Assembly (NCBI GenBank): GCA_965235115.1
Contig: OZ249440.1
Location: 33,048,001 to 33,112,000, forward strand
Source of the DNA: Laetmonice hystrix
Lineage: Eukaryota
Length of the DNA: 64,000 nucleotides
Reading direction: 5' to 3'
Below the pieces are notes generated by a model. That model did not search any database and had not been told where the DNA came from. It saw only the letters and a program-made list of their open reading frames with translations. Each line of letters opens with the position of its first letter. The first letter of the stretch is position 1. Made by a program: the position numbers and the translations under genes. Shown here one piece after another: positions 1-11,489 of the stretch.

Positions 1-163
1 GACCGCCGTGTAGGACAACTCCCGAGTTGTCCTAGAAAGTCGGACAGTCCGACCGGGTCGGACAGTTTAGTGAAACACTTTTTTAAAACACAGACGGTCC
101 GACTGGGTCGGACATGGTCCGTCGGCCGGTCGGACTGTCCGTCGCTGTTAGTGAAACACCCCC
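1..163. mobile_element. Right end of a palindrome-rich MITE (Harbinger-like), cut off by the window start
   Basis: Ends in ...ttagtgaaacacccc; repeated inverted cggac/gtccg motifs and an internal hairpin (taggacaactc..gagttgtccta). Confidence 0.45.
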
Positions 164-165
164 CT

Positions 166-960
166 GGGTCCGGTTTTTAAAATAAGCCAAGGCTTACTGG
201 TAAGACTGGGCTTACGGTAAGACTAGGCTTACGTTTCTGTTTTTGAAACAAGTTCTAAGCCTAGCTTACGCCAAGCCTAGGCTTAGCCGTTGTCAAGGGC
301 GGAAAACTGACGTCACAATCGAGACAATGGTGAATCGAACTTCCGCCATGACCAAAGGCCGTCGATTCCCGAATGTAAACAAACATGATCCTACATAATG
401 TAGCCAAGGAATTACATTATTTATCCTGTAAGTTATGAGTTCTAACATATATAGCCTTATACCGATATGGAAAATGACTGTTAAATGTCAAAAAGTACTT
501 TAAAAGAGGCTTTGAAAATTCGAATCGACAGAGCGATCGAGCGGGTCACAACCGCCACCTAGCGGATTTTTTATGCATACGCCCATCGCTAGATTTGTGC
601 GGATCCACGATGTGTGACTGTAAAGGTTGTAAACAAACGTCAATCTCGCCATGAAATGACAATGTATTTACCGTTACTTATCAGTTCTACAGTGTATAAC
701 ATCCTTACAATGTGGAGTATTCTTAGTAAGAGTTGAAAGCTACTTTTAGGGCAAAAAGATGCCTTAAAATTAAATCGGCACGGAGTCGGCACAGGCTTAG
801 GGCTCGTAAGACAACTCCTTCCCTGGCTTAGAAGCCTGAGCCTGGCTTACGCTTACAAGCCTCATTTGCATGTTTTAAAAACACAACATGTAAGACTGGG
901 CTTAATCTTACCCTAGTTTACGAGTAAGCCAGGCTCAATCTTATTTTAAAAACCGGACCC
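166..960. mobile_element. Non-autonomous TIR element (Harbinger-like MITE)
   Basis: TIR gggtccggtttttaaaataag ... cttattttaaaaaccggaccc; subterminal gtaag/cttac arrays at both ends. Confidence 0.75.
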
Positions 961-1839
961 AGGTTCCAACTTGAACATTAGTGTGGAACGTTTTGTCACA
1001 CTAAGACTGTACTGTACGTCCGACACCAGAGGTGGTGTCGGACGTACGGTGTCGGACGTACACATTTTAAAGATAAAAAATAAAAACCCTTTGACTAGAA
1101 TTTAGAAAGATAATTATATAGATATGTTTGGGCCCTCGTGCTAAAAGAGGATTCTTAGTTTCCTTGATGAATGACACTTCCTTGATGAATGACACAGCAC
1201 CTTGGTACAAATTGAAAAAACTATGTTTTTTCGGTGTCGGACGTACATGGCTGGGTAAAAATTTTTATTTGCCCCCCTTTTTTTACAGGAAAGAAGAAAT
1301 TAGTAATTTTGTTTAATAATTTACTGCACAGCCATTACTGCTTAAAATGAGGGATAAATCACTTCTTTCTTTGTGGTCTGTTACAGAAATGTACATTCCA
1401 TTAATTTCCTCTTACAGAAAAAGTCAGTGACGAGAGGTGCCTATTAGTATACATTTAACATGATTTTTTGGAGACATTTCTGGATCTGATCTCAAAATTT
1501 TTAATATTTTCTTAAAATTCTGCTTTTTTACCTCAAAACGACACCAAATTTGACAATATCCATTGAAAATGAAATTTTAACCCCCAGGTTGACATTTCCA
1601 TGGAACTGCCCCTCTATCCGAAGTTATGGACATTTTAAGTGTGAAAAAATGGGGCTTTCGTGGGACAATTCTCCCATAGGGATGAGGTTGAAAACATGGC
1701 ACAAATTTGGCTTTTTTATGTCTAGCTTTTTGATGAAGAAGTAAATAACTTTGGATGTTTTGGGCCAATATTCTTAATCTTGGCCTTATTTTGCAGATCT
1801 AAGTCAGTAGAAAAGATAAGATGAAGAAAAAATTATGTC

Positions 1840-1967
1840 GGCCATATGGTGTGACGTCAAATAGACGTCTGTAAAAGACGTCATTTCGACTTTCATTTTC
1901 AACCTGTATCAGACGTCATTTAGACATGGCTGTATGACGTCATTCTCTACTACTTTTGCCCACTGGG
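1840..1967. mobile_element. Terminal fragment of an EnSpm/CMC-like element
   Basis: Ends ...tttgcccactggg (CCCAG-type terminus) with repeated gacgtc subterminal motifs. Confidence 0.4.
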
Positions 1968-2539
1968 TAAGACTAAAAGATCGATACACTTGAGTAAATA
2001 CAGTGGTCATAAATGTCAACAACCTTGGCGGTCGCTTACTGGCTGTTTCGTGTGTACTACGTCACCAGTTTTCGTCGGCGGTCGTTAATAACTGGTACGG
2101 TGGCTTCCATAGATTTTTTTCCGCGGAAACGGATCATGCATATGTTAGACAGAGAATGGAGGTAGCAGATGACGGGAGGGCTCGCTCCTAATGCGTCAAT
2201 AATTATGTTTTAAGCTCATTTTAGTCAACTGGTCAAAAAAAAATAAATATTACTTTGCGTAGAGAATCTATCTCCATTTCGAAAAAAAATATTCCAGGAG
2301 CAACAAGCAGGTATGGAGCTGTCAAATTGGTATTGTTTAAATTCTCGAAACACTCGCGTCTTCAAAAGTCACGTGACCGACGAAATCAGGAGAACGACGA
2401 AAACAGGTCACGGCGGGATATAGGGTACCCTAATTCGGAAATAAGATGATCTCAACTTCCATACACTGATACAGGTCCCGTTTGTCATCATTAAATTTTG
2501 TAGAATCGTGACGGGCGCGCGCTCCTGACTTCACAATCA

Positions 2540-3182
2540 CTTCACGGGCAAAAGGCAGGGTCTGTCTAACACTAATTCAGATTGCTTTCTCAGTTTTCCG
2601 GTACTGGGGCAGTTGTCACTTGTTGAACATTTCATAGATTTTATAGAGTCGGTTAAACTAGTTCTGTATGGGCGACCGTTTTCGAGCTGCTGGCCGATTT
2701 CAGCAGTGCCAGCGCAGTACTGGCAGTGGCAGTAGCAGTAGGCGCCCGAACCGAGGTGCACATAGCACTGAGTGAGCTGTAGAATGTTTGGGTTTTTAGC
2801 CCGACTTGGAAAAAAATGAACAGAAGTTAGGCTACATCTCGGAGTGCAGTCTAACACAACTGGACGACACACGTGTTGACCTTTTTACTTTGTTCTCACA
2901 CTTTCTTTGGTGCCACGACGACTGTCAATCTAGGATGCTTTCAGAGGGGCTAGGCCTAGGTCCCGTGGGCCGTCCCTTTCGTGACGTATCGAGCGATTAT
3001 AGCGTCAGAACGGCCTGAAGTTTCTAGGTCACGTTAGGCGTGCAATTTTAGCACTTTCGGTTGGGAATAAATTCTTACTCTGGTATTAAGTAAATATATT
3101 AAAAACAGACAGAGAGGTGTCTTATAATATGAGATAGGCGTTCCCGTTGCCAAAAAGGTGTTTAATTCCCGTAATATACACT
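2540..3182. mobile_element. Probable end of a Kolobok-type non-autonomous element; left boundary uncertain
   Basis: Ends ...cccgtaatatacact followed by TTAA, the same end style as the better supported Kolobok elements at 37206 and 55472. Confidence 0.35.
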
Positions 3183-3198
3183 TTAACTATCTGATCAC

Positions 3199-3786
3199 TA
3201 GACGTGGACACCCTTTTTTGGCTTAACAGCTTTGCGTTAAGGATGTGGGACAAGCCATAGAGAATTTACCAAATGCTTGGGTTGGCTCGGTTTTAACGCC
3301 GATTTCAAACCCCTGTCGCGATGTCTACTTACAATAAAATGCCCATGTTAATGTGTATAGTGTTCGCTAGGATCTTGGTCGAGGAATTGTCTATTCCAAA
3401 GGTGATTTTGACTTGTCAGGCCTTTTGTTGTAAGTTCATTTCGACTTTTTAAAACTCTCGTCCGCCATGGGCCATTCGGCCTAACATGAATCAGCTGGTT
3501 CCGGTTCCATTTGCACATGCGCAGTACCGACAGACAACAATGGCGGACAGGAACGAATCTTCGATTTGCTTCGATTCAGGGTATAAAAACGGCCGTAATA
3601 TATTACAAAAGGAGCGCATTACTTCCTAAACTGTGCGCTGCACGTCGTCAGATGTAAATGGAAGTAATCATGTATTCGTATAGATATGAATCGGTGCCGT
3701 TTCTTTATTTGAAGGGATTTTGCAAATTCTCGACGTGTCGTCCAACGACCCTAACACGCTAGTGTATAGGGGAGAGTCAACGGCTA
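3199..3786. mobile_element. Non-autonomous element with a 9-bp TSD (AcademH- or MULE-type)
   Basis: Imperfect TIR tagacgtggacaccc / gagagtcaacggcta; perfect TSD tctgatcac at 3190-3198 and 3787-3795. Confidence 0.7.
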
Positions 3787-3889
3787 TCTGATCACCAATT
3801 GTGTTCAAATATTTTTTTATTAAATTTTAACTGGCTTAGAATATCACGGTATGTGTGCCTGGCCTGTACAGACTGGCGGTGGTCTTTTC

Positions 3890-5540
3890 TTTTAAAGGGA
3901 CAAAGTTTCTGGGACTCACTTTTGACAGCAAGCTGTCTTTTATCCCTCACATTAAATCACTCAAATCCAGATGCCTTAAGGCTCTGGACACGGTTCACCA
4001 CCAGGGTTTGCGGCTTTCACTTGGGGCTTTTAGAACGTCTCCTGTTCCGAGCCTCTATGTGGAGGCCAGAGAGCCCTCGCTTGACAACAGGCGTCTGAAG
4101 CTGGCTCTGCAGTATGCAGTCAAGCTCGGGACAAACAGTTCAAATCCAGCTTACAATTGCGTTTTTCACCCTCAGTTCCAACATTTTGAATGAACAAAGG
4201 GAAACGTACATGTGTCCTGTTTTGGACTGAGGGTCAAACCTCATCTAGAGGGGCTGGATGTTAATCCGAACGTCTTGGGACAGACACATTATTGTACCAT
4301 CCCTCCTTGGGACCTGGAAAAGCCTAATGTCATTCTTCAGTTGGCTCAACTGAAGAAGTCAGACATTCATGCCCTGACATATTTTGAACATTTTCTTGAC
4401 GTCCAGGCAAGGTATCCGTCACATTTTGCCTTCTATAGGGAGCCGAAGTCTCGCGGCACAGTTATGGATTTTCTGGATAGGAGGTACAAATGGAGCGTCA
4501 ATGTTGACACACAATTGTTGCGTCACAAATTTCCCCATTGGTTTAACATAGGATGAAGAGACATCGTTCCAAAGATCGGCCTAGTCTTGAAGATTTTCGT
4601 GTTATGTATAACAGTTATTTATTCAAGCATAAAACAGGTTGATACAAATATCTGGGAAGGTTTCATTACAATGGGCAGCATAATTACAGAGAAATCACGA
4701 GTTGAAGTTGGCAGTCGCCGTTCCCTATGGCCAGCGCAATGCTAAACCAGCATGAGCGATAATGACGTGTCAACAAAATCGACTTTTATCGCGTTGTAAC
4801 GCAACATCTCGTGACCTACTTCGGCTCCCTATAGTGATGGCTCAAAGGATGGCAATGATGTGTCTGCAGCAGCAGTTCATGGCAAGCACAACTTCGGCAC
4901 CCGCATCTCAGGGCAAAGCTCCATTTTCTCAGCAGAGGCCCGGGCCCTGCTTCTTGCCCTTCAAAATATTGAAGTTTCTAGTGAAAAGGACTTCGTCATT
5001 TTCTCGGATTCCTTATCCTGTCTGCAAGTGCTTGCTAACTTGAACACAGATCACCCAGTGATCGTTCAAATCTTGTCCAAGTTGGCAGTGCTTGCCAATG
5101 CAAACTTTGATGTTCGGTTTTGCTGGGTGCCTGGTCATGTTGGTATCCCGGGCAATGAGCAAGCTGACAGAACTGCCAAGAGAGCTCTTGAAACAGACGT
5201 CGAACTGTGTCCAATCCCAGCCTCTGACCTCAGACCTACCATCTGGGCTTATGTTAAAAACAAATGGCAGGCCGAATGGGATGAACAACCAAACAATAAA
5301 CTGTATCAGATCAGTCCCATCGTGAACCAAAGGTATCGTCACAGCCTGGCAAAACGTAGGCATGAAATTGTTTTTACTCGATGCAGGATTGGTCATTCTA
5401 GATTAACCCACGTGTTTTTATTGAAGGGGGAGCCACCTCCAGAATGTAATAGCTGTCAAAGTCCTTTGACACTGAAGCATCTTTTACTTGAGTGTGGTGA
5501 TTTTACTCTGATCAGACAACGGTTTTATAGTGAGACAAGT
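3890..5540 (+). pseudogene. I-group (Nimb-like) LINE ORF2 3' part: end of RT, RNase H and CCHC knuckle; decayed
   Basis: KFLGLTFDSKLSF, LGAFRTSPV, SIFSAEARA, IFSDSLS, WVPGHVGIPGNEQAD, CxxC..H..C; frameshifts and a MITE insertion at 4437-4830. Confidence 0.9.
4437..4830. mobile_element. MITE family A, copy 1 (AGGG..CCCT ends, AT TSD; ISL2EU-like)
   Basis: TIR agggagccgaagt/acttcggctccct. The empty site is visible in the LINE homologue near 35450 (ttctatactgatgg). Confidence 0.85.
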
Positions 5541-5663
5541 GCCCCCGACCCATGCAGTGTGGGCGGCCATATGATCGGCACCGTAGTTGGGAGGTCATCC
5601 AGTTCAACCCCCACTTGAATGCCCAGAAAGAGTTATTATATCTTTCTAGCCTAGGTGATAATA

Positions 5664-7992
5664 GGGTCATTCCACGCGGATTCACCTAGAGCCTCCCAGG
5701 TGACCATCTCAGATTTTTATGAATTTTTTTTTACAAGTCCCTCCATATGTTTGATGAACGCATACAAATTTTTTGCTCCAACTTCCAGTAGTTTTTCAGA
5801 TATTAATTTTTAAAATATGTGTGTCGGTGCAGACTGTGCATGTCAAAAGTCATTTTTGTGCTTTTTCCCATTTTCAAAGCGTTATATCTCAGGACTGGTT
5901 ACATGTATCAGGCTGAAATTTAGTATGTGCAAGGTCCCCTACCTACATATTCAGTGCCAATCATCAAAGTTGTGCTAAATTGCATTTTTTATTTTTTATT
6001 GCTGACTGAAAATGGCATTTTGTTCATATCGGAACATTTTTTTCAAACTTTAGGGGGCTCTACACAAAATGTGTATTTTAAAAGTGATCATCTTCATATT
6101 ACAAAGCTTACCTCAGTAGATTACCAGCTTGTGTTTAACCAGAAACAATGCCCATCATAGTAATAGTTTTTGAGCTGTAGCTGCATGAAAACCGATCATG
6201 TGTGAAAAACGTCAAAAAAAGCTTTCCAATCTAGGTAGGATTTCACCATGTAGGCAACTACTCAGACACTTCAATTTTTTTCAAAAGGTAGAATATCTAT
6301 ACGACATTTGTCAGTAGAATTTTTTTTATCTAACTCAAAAGGCTTCATGTTTTAAAAAATACCAGTTTAGACAGTATTAAACAGAATGTAGAAATCCATT
6401 ATATCTCATTTAAATATATCTAAAATGTATTTAGCATAGTTTATGCCTACTAAATATCTACTGAACATAATCTGTTCATAATTATAATTAAATAATGAAA
6501 TAAAATAATAAAATAAAATAATTAATTAAATAAATAAATTAAATTAATAAATTAATTTAAAATGGATTTAGCATAGTTTATGCCTACTAAATAACTACTG
6601 AACATTCATCCGTTCATAATCATAATTAATTCATAATTAAATAATTAACTAATTTAATTAACTAATTTAATTAACTAATTTGATTAACTAATTTAATTAA
6701 ATAACTAAATAATTAATGAAATAAATAAACTAAATTAAATAATTAAGTAAATAAATTAAAGAAATAATTAAATAAATTTATTTTACCATAAAGCCTTGTG
6801 AGTTAGTTAAAAAACATGGAGAGCTTTTTTCGACATTTTTCAAACATAACCGACTTTCATGCAGCAAAAGCTCAAAAACTACTACTTTGATGGGCATTGT
6901 TTTTGGCTTGTTTTTAACGCATAAACTATGCTAAATCCATTTTAGATTAATTAATTAATTAACTTAATTAATTTAATTTATTTAATTGATTATTTAATTA
7001 TTTAATTTAATTATTTAATTTAATTATGAATTAATTATGATTTTGAACAGATAATTGTTCAGTAGTTATTTAGTAGGCATAAACTATGATAAATCCATTT
7101 AAGATTAATTAATTAATTATTTAATTATTTAATTACTTAATTTAATAATTTAATTATTAATTAATTATGATTATGAACAGATGTATGTTCAGTAGTTATT
7201 TAGTATTTATAAACTATGCTAAATCCATTTTAGATATATTTTAATCAGATATTATGTTCTGTTTAATTCCGTTTAATACCGTCTAAACTGTTTTTTTTAA
7301 ACATGAAGCCTTTTGAGTTAGATAAAAAGAATTTTACTGACAAATGTCATATAGACATTCTACCTTTTAAAAAACATTGAAGTGTCTGAGTAGTTGCCTA
7401 CATGGTGAAATCCTACCTAGAATGGAGAGCTTTTTTTGACGTTTTTCAACCATGATCGATTTTTATGGAGCTACAGCTCAAAAACTATTATTGTGATGGG
7501 CATTGTTTTTTGCTAAACACAAGTTGGGAATCTACTGAGGTAAGCTGTGTAATATGAAGATGATCACTTAATACACATTTTGTGTAGAGCCCCCTAAAGT
7601 TTGAAAAAAATGTTCCGATATGAACAAAATGCCATTTTCAGTCAGCTATAAAAAATAAAAAAATGCAATTTATCACAACTTTGATGACTGGCACTGAATA
7701 CGTGGGTAGGGGACCTTGCACATACCAAATTTCAGCCTGATACATGCAACCAGTCCTGAGATATAACGCTTTGAAAATGGGAAAACACAAAAATGACTTT
7801 CTACATATAAAGTCTGCACCGACACACAAATTTTAAAAATTAATTTCAGAAAATCTACTGGGAGTTGGAGCAAAAGATTTTGCATGTGTTCATCACACAT
7901 ATGGAGGTACCTGTAAAGAAAAAATCATAAAAATCTGAGATGGTCACCTGGGAAGATTTCTGGATTTCAGGTGATTCCGCACGGAATGACCC
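5664..7992. mobile_element. Foldback non-autonomous DNA transposon, Sola2-like
   Basis: gggtcattcc...ggaatgaccc ends; ~0.8-kb imperfect inverted arms; 4-bp TSD aata (5660-5663, 7993-7996); TAAT-rich core; no ORF. Confidence 0.85.
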
Positions 7993-8282
7993 AATAGTGT
8001 GAAGACTAACTGCTCGACCTGTTTAGCTTTCATTGTCACTTGTGACATCATAATAGTTAACTACGTATTTTGATACATAATATTACAATATTTCACTGAC
8101 AAAAAGCTGTGGCGTCATAAAGAGAAGAGAAGGCTTAGATCTTACGTTGGCTGCACTATTTTGCTGTCTTGCTCTCGTTTTATCAACAGATGCATTAAAA
8201 TACTACAGACACAGACACTTCAACAGTCAGTAGATATTCTCTGAAAATTATAGCATTATAATACCTGTGTAACCATCATTAT

Positions 8283-9084
8283 AGGGAGCCGAAGTCTCGC
8301 GGCACGGTTATGGATTTCCTGGATAGAAGGCAGAGCTCTCAAGGGTCTCTGAGGCCCTTGCTGGAGATTCACCAGCTGTTTTGCTGGAGATTGGGGTTCA
8401 ATGCGTGAGATTTTCCTATCTCATATATAAAGGCACTTAAAACACTGAAATCACTTAGTGATAGTATTGTTTTCAAGCATAGACCATGACGTTCACCGTT
8501 TTCCTTTTGCCGACTTCGCTAAGAAATCGGCGGTGAGATTGGCTCACTAAGTCTATGATTGGATGGGACGGCTAGTAGTATCAATTAAGGATGGGCGATG
8601 GCAGCACAGTCAAGGACAGATCCAAAGATCTACGTTTTGAGCAATAAGCAAAGACCATCTCAAAATGCGTGAGAATCACTGGGGCTCGCGGGAGTGCGGG
8701 AGGAAGGGCCCAAATGCTTGAGACTCCCGCGAGATGCGTGAGACTTGAGAGCTCTGAGGAGGTACAAATGGAGCGTCAATGTTGACAGCCAAATGTTACG
8801 TCACAAATTTCCCATCGTTCCAAAGATCGGCCTAGTCTTGAAGATTGTTGTGTTGTTATGTATCAAAATGATCTATTCAAGTATAAAACAGGTTGATACA
8901 AATATCTGGGATGGTTTCATTACAAAGGACAGCATAATTACAGAGAAATCACAAGTTGAAGTTGGCAGTCGCCGTTCCCTATGGCCTGCGCAATGCTAAA
9001 CAAGCGTGAGCGATAATGACGTGTCAACAAAATCGACTTTTATCGCGTTGAAACGCAACATCTCGTGACCTACTTCGGCTCCCT
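8283..9084. mobile_element. MITE family A, copy 2, carrying a nested hAT-type MITE
   Basis: Same TIRs and body as 4437-4830; AT flanks. Confidence 0.85.
8331..8756. mobile_element. hAT-type MITE with a 6-bp TSD
   Basis: TIR cagagctctcaag/cttgagagctctg; flanks agaagg/aggagg; empty site ggataggaggtac in copy 1. Confidence 0.8.
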
Positions 9085-9175
9085 ATAGGCCCCTGATCCA
9101 ACACAGCTTCGATTGGAGCCTGGCTGTCTATTGTGATATTTAACGTCATTATCATAGTTTTGGGAACTTTTATAT

Positions 9176-9572
9176 GGGGTGCCTAAGTCTCGTGACCTGG
9201 ATATGCAAATGACGTTAAATAGCCTCAAACCAGCTCGCGATAGCACCAAACTTGTGCCGTGCGATTGTGACGTCAAAAATTTCCCCATAGGATTAGCATT
9301 GGCAGGGCCGACAGGTTTACAAAAACCAGCCTGTATATTCACAATCTAACTTTCTAAACTATAAAACAAACTTTATCCCAGAGTAAACATGCCAGCTATC
9401 ATGTATTGTCACGGTAAAATATTAACAGCGACTTCACTGCAGAATGAAAATATTTTAAAGTTGACTGTCACTGTTCCCTATGGCCATCGCAATGTTAAAC
9501 CAGCAAGGCTATCTGCTCCTTGTCCCGACAACGCGAAATCTCTTGAATTCTCGTGACATACAGAGGCGCCCT
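9176..9572. mobile_element. MITE family B, copy 1 (related to family A; AT TSD)
   Basis: Near-identical inverted copy at 36707-37102; shares gttccctatggcca..gcaatg.taaaccagc with family A. Confidence 0.8.
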
Positions 9573-10087
9573 ATTTCCAAACAAAGCTCACTGTATTCAT
9601 AACTAAAAGGAGTCTCGCTAAAAGAAAGACATCTATGGAGACCTTACGATGTGGGGAAAAATTCTGGGTACTATTTTGTATAGGTCGTCGCGACAGATTT
9701 TGCATGGCAAGACCTGCTAGGTAGAGAAGTCACAAGTTTTTAGTTTTTTTTATACTTTTTTGATGATTTTCAAATGGCCGTATGAAAAAGAATCCTTAAA
9801 TCTATTTATCAAATTTTATACTGGACAAAACGTCAAAAGCCACATATCTCTAGTTTCCTTTGCAATAACTTCCATCTGAATTGATTCATTGTTATTACCA
9901 CCGCTAGCGTGTTTTGAAGAACCCGAGGTTGGAAAAGCTAAGCCGAGTTGGCCGTAATCGGGAACCACGCTTGGCTCCCGATTCGTTTTTCGAATCAGCT
10001 ATGATTTGCTCAAACTGCAGTCGGGAGCTGCCGGGAACCATGGTTACCGACTCGAGTTGGGCAAAATTGGGAAAGTGTACGGCGGGC

Positions 10088-10350
10088 TTTAAGGATCTGT
10101 TTAACAATGTCAGACCAGGAGTTTTTGTCAGAAGCTGGATTTCTGACTCTTTTATAGTTCAGGCTCGTCGATAGCTTAGCGATAGCTCATCGGTTGGGCT
10201 GACAAGATGGAGTGTGGTTTAATGATATTCCCGTTGGGGCCCGGGATAAAATAGGTTCTTTTCATTTCATGGTCTTTTAACCCTGTTTTCGCCGTGAAGA
10301 TGGCCCCGGATGCCGGCACGGCGGAAAACCACCGCTACTCACTCACTCTC
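10088..10350 (+). mobile_element. 3' end of the I-group LINE (last ORF2 codons, 3' UTR, (actc)n tail)
   Basis: FKDLFNNVRPG...; matches 34635-34880 on the minus strand; continues the frame broken at 5540. Confidence 0.8.
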
Positions 10351-10655
10351 TCTAGGCTAGCTGTGTTTGGAACACAGAGCTGATGAGTTGGATATAGGTA
10401 GCTGGCATGAAACTCCGCATTCGAAACAGCCACGTGTTACTGTGACGATATGCCTGCAGCCAATGCTGCTGCGCCGGTTTAGTCCGTCGAACGACAATCG
10501 CCTGACCTGAGGTCAAATTTTACGTAGACCTAGTCATAGACTTCACTCTCAGCGATCGGTCGAGTGATGGCCGGATCGCTGAACATCAAGTAGGCCTATA
10601 AACGTTCAGCGATGGTCAGCTGATAGTCAGCCGACGGACTAGGCCTATACTACTG

Positions 10656-10954
10656 CAATCTAATTAAAATTAGATCTTAGTTAAAATTAGATCTTAGTTA
10701 TTTCGCATGCGCTCCATACTAGGATCTAACGGCATCCCGTATGGGGTCACCTCAGGCTGCACTTTGACCCAGATTCGAGTGTGCCGTTGAAAATGCCTAC
10801 GAGCGCACACCGAAGATTTTGTAGGCGACTTGATGATTGGCTGAATCCAGGGGTCAACCTGAGGTGACCCCTAATGGCATTTCCTTAGATCTAGGTAGCC
10901 TATGGAGCGCAGACAGCACCGACACAGCCGAGAGATCTAATTTTAATTAGATTG
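10656..10954. mobile_element. MITE with a 9-bp TSD (AcademH- or MULE-type)
   Basis: TIR caatctaattaaaattagatct; TSD atactactg at 10647-10655 and 10955-10963. Confidence 0.85.
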
Positions 10955-11206
10955 ATACTACTGAGGCTATAGACTATAGTAGGCTTCACGCAGCTCCCCA
11001 CTTTTCTTCACTTGACTTTGTCTTTACTTTAGTTTAGACCCACGTCTACCGATGACGATGTCGAAATTATTACTACAAATACTAGATCTACCAGAGAATG
11101 TAACGGTAAGGAGCCAATAAATAATTTGGAGTCAGAGTGCAAACTAAAAGAAGCAAAAGGTAAATCACTGTGAAATAGGACTTGTCACGCGCTGGCGGCA
11201 TACACA

Positions 11207-11382
11207 CGAGGCAGGCGATAATAAAGGTTATAGGACTTTCGTTTACGACGCGAATACCACTGACCGCTAGGGGGCCAGCTCCCCATGACGTTACAATAGG
11301 CGCGAGGCGGGCGATAATAAAGGTTATAGGACTTTTGTTTACGACGCGAATACCAGCTCCCCATGACATTACAATAGGCGCT
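11207..11382. repeat. Two-copy tandem duplication (~96-bp unit; second copy has a short deletion)
   Basis: ggcgataataaaggttataggacttt..tttacgacgcgaatacca and gctccccatgac..tacaataggcgc each occur twice. Confidence 0.8.
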
Positions 11383-11489
11383 CGATGGACTTTCCCTTCT
11401 TGTTATATGTGATGTTCTTTGCTTTTATACAACATGCCTGGGATACAGTGGATCTATTTCATCCCCGGGCCCACACGTGGTGTAATCCT

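Noticed and set aside
1128..3018. Short ORFs from the six-frame track
   Set aside because: No recognisable motifs; many start at TTG/GTG and fall in non-coding TE arms. The same applies to antisense shadows of real ORFs elsewhere in the window.
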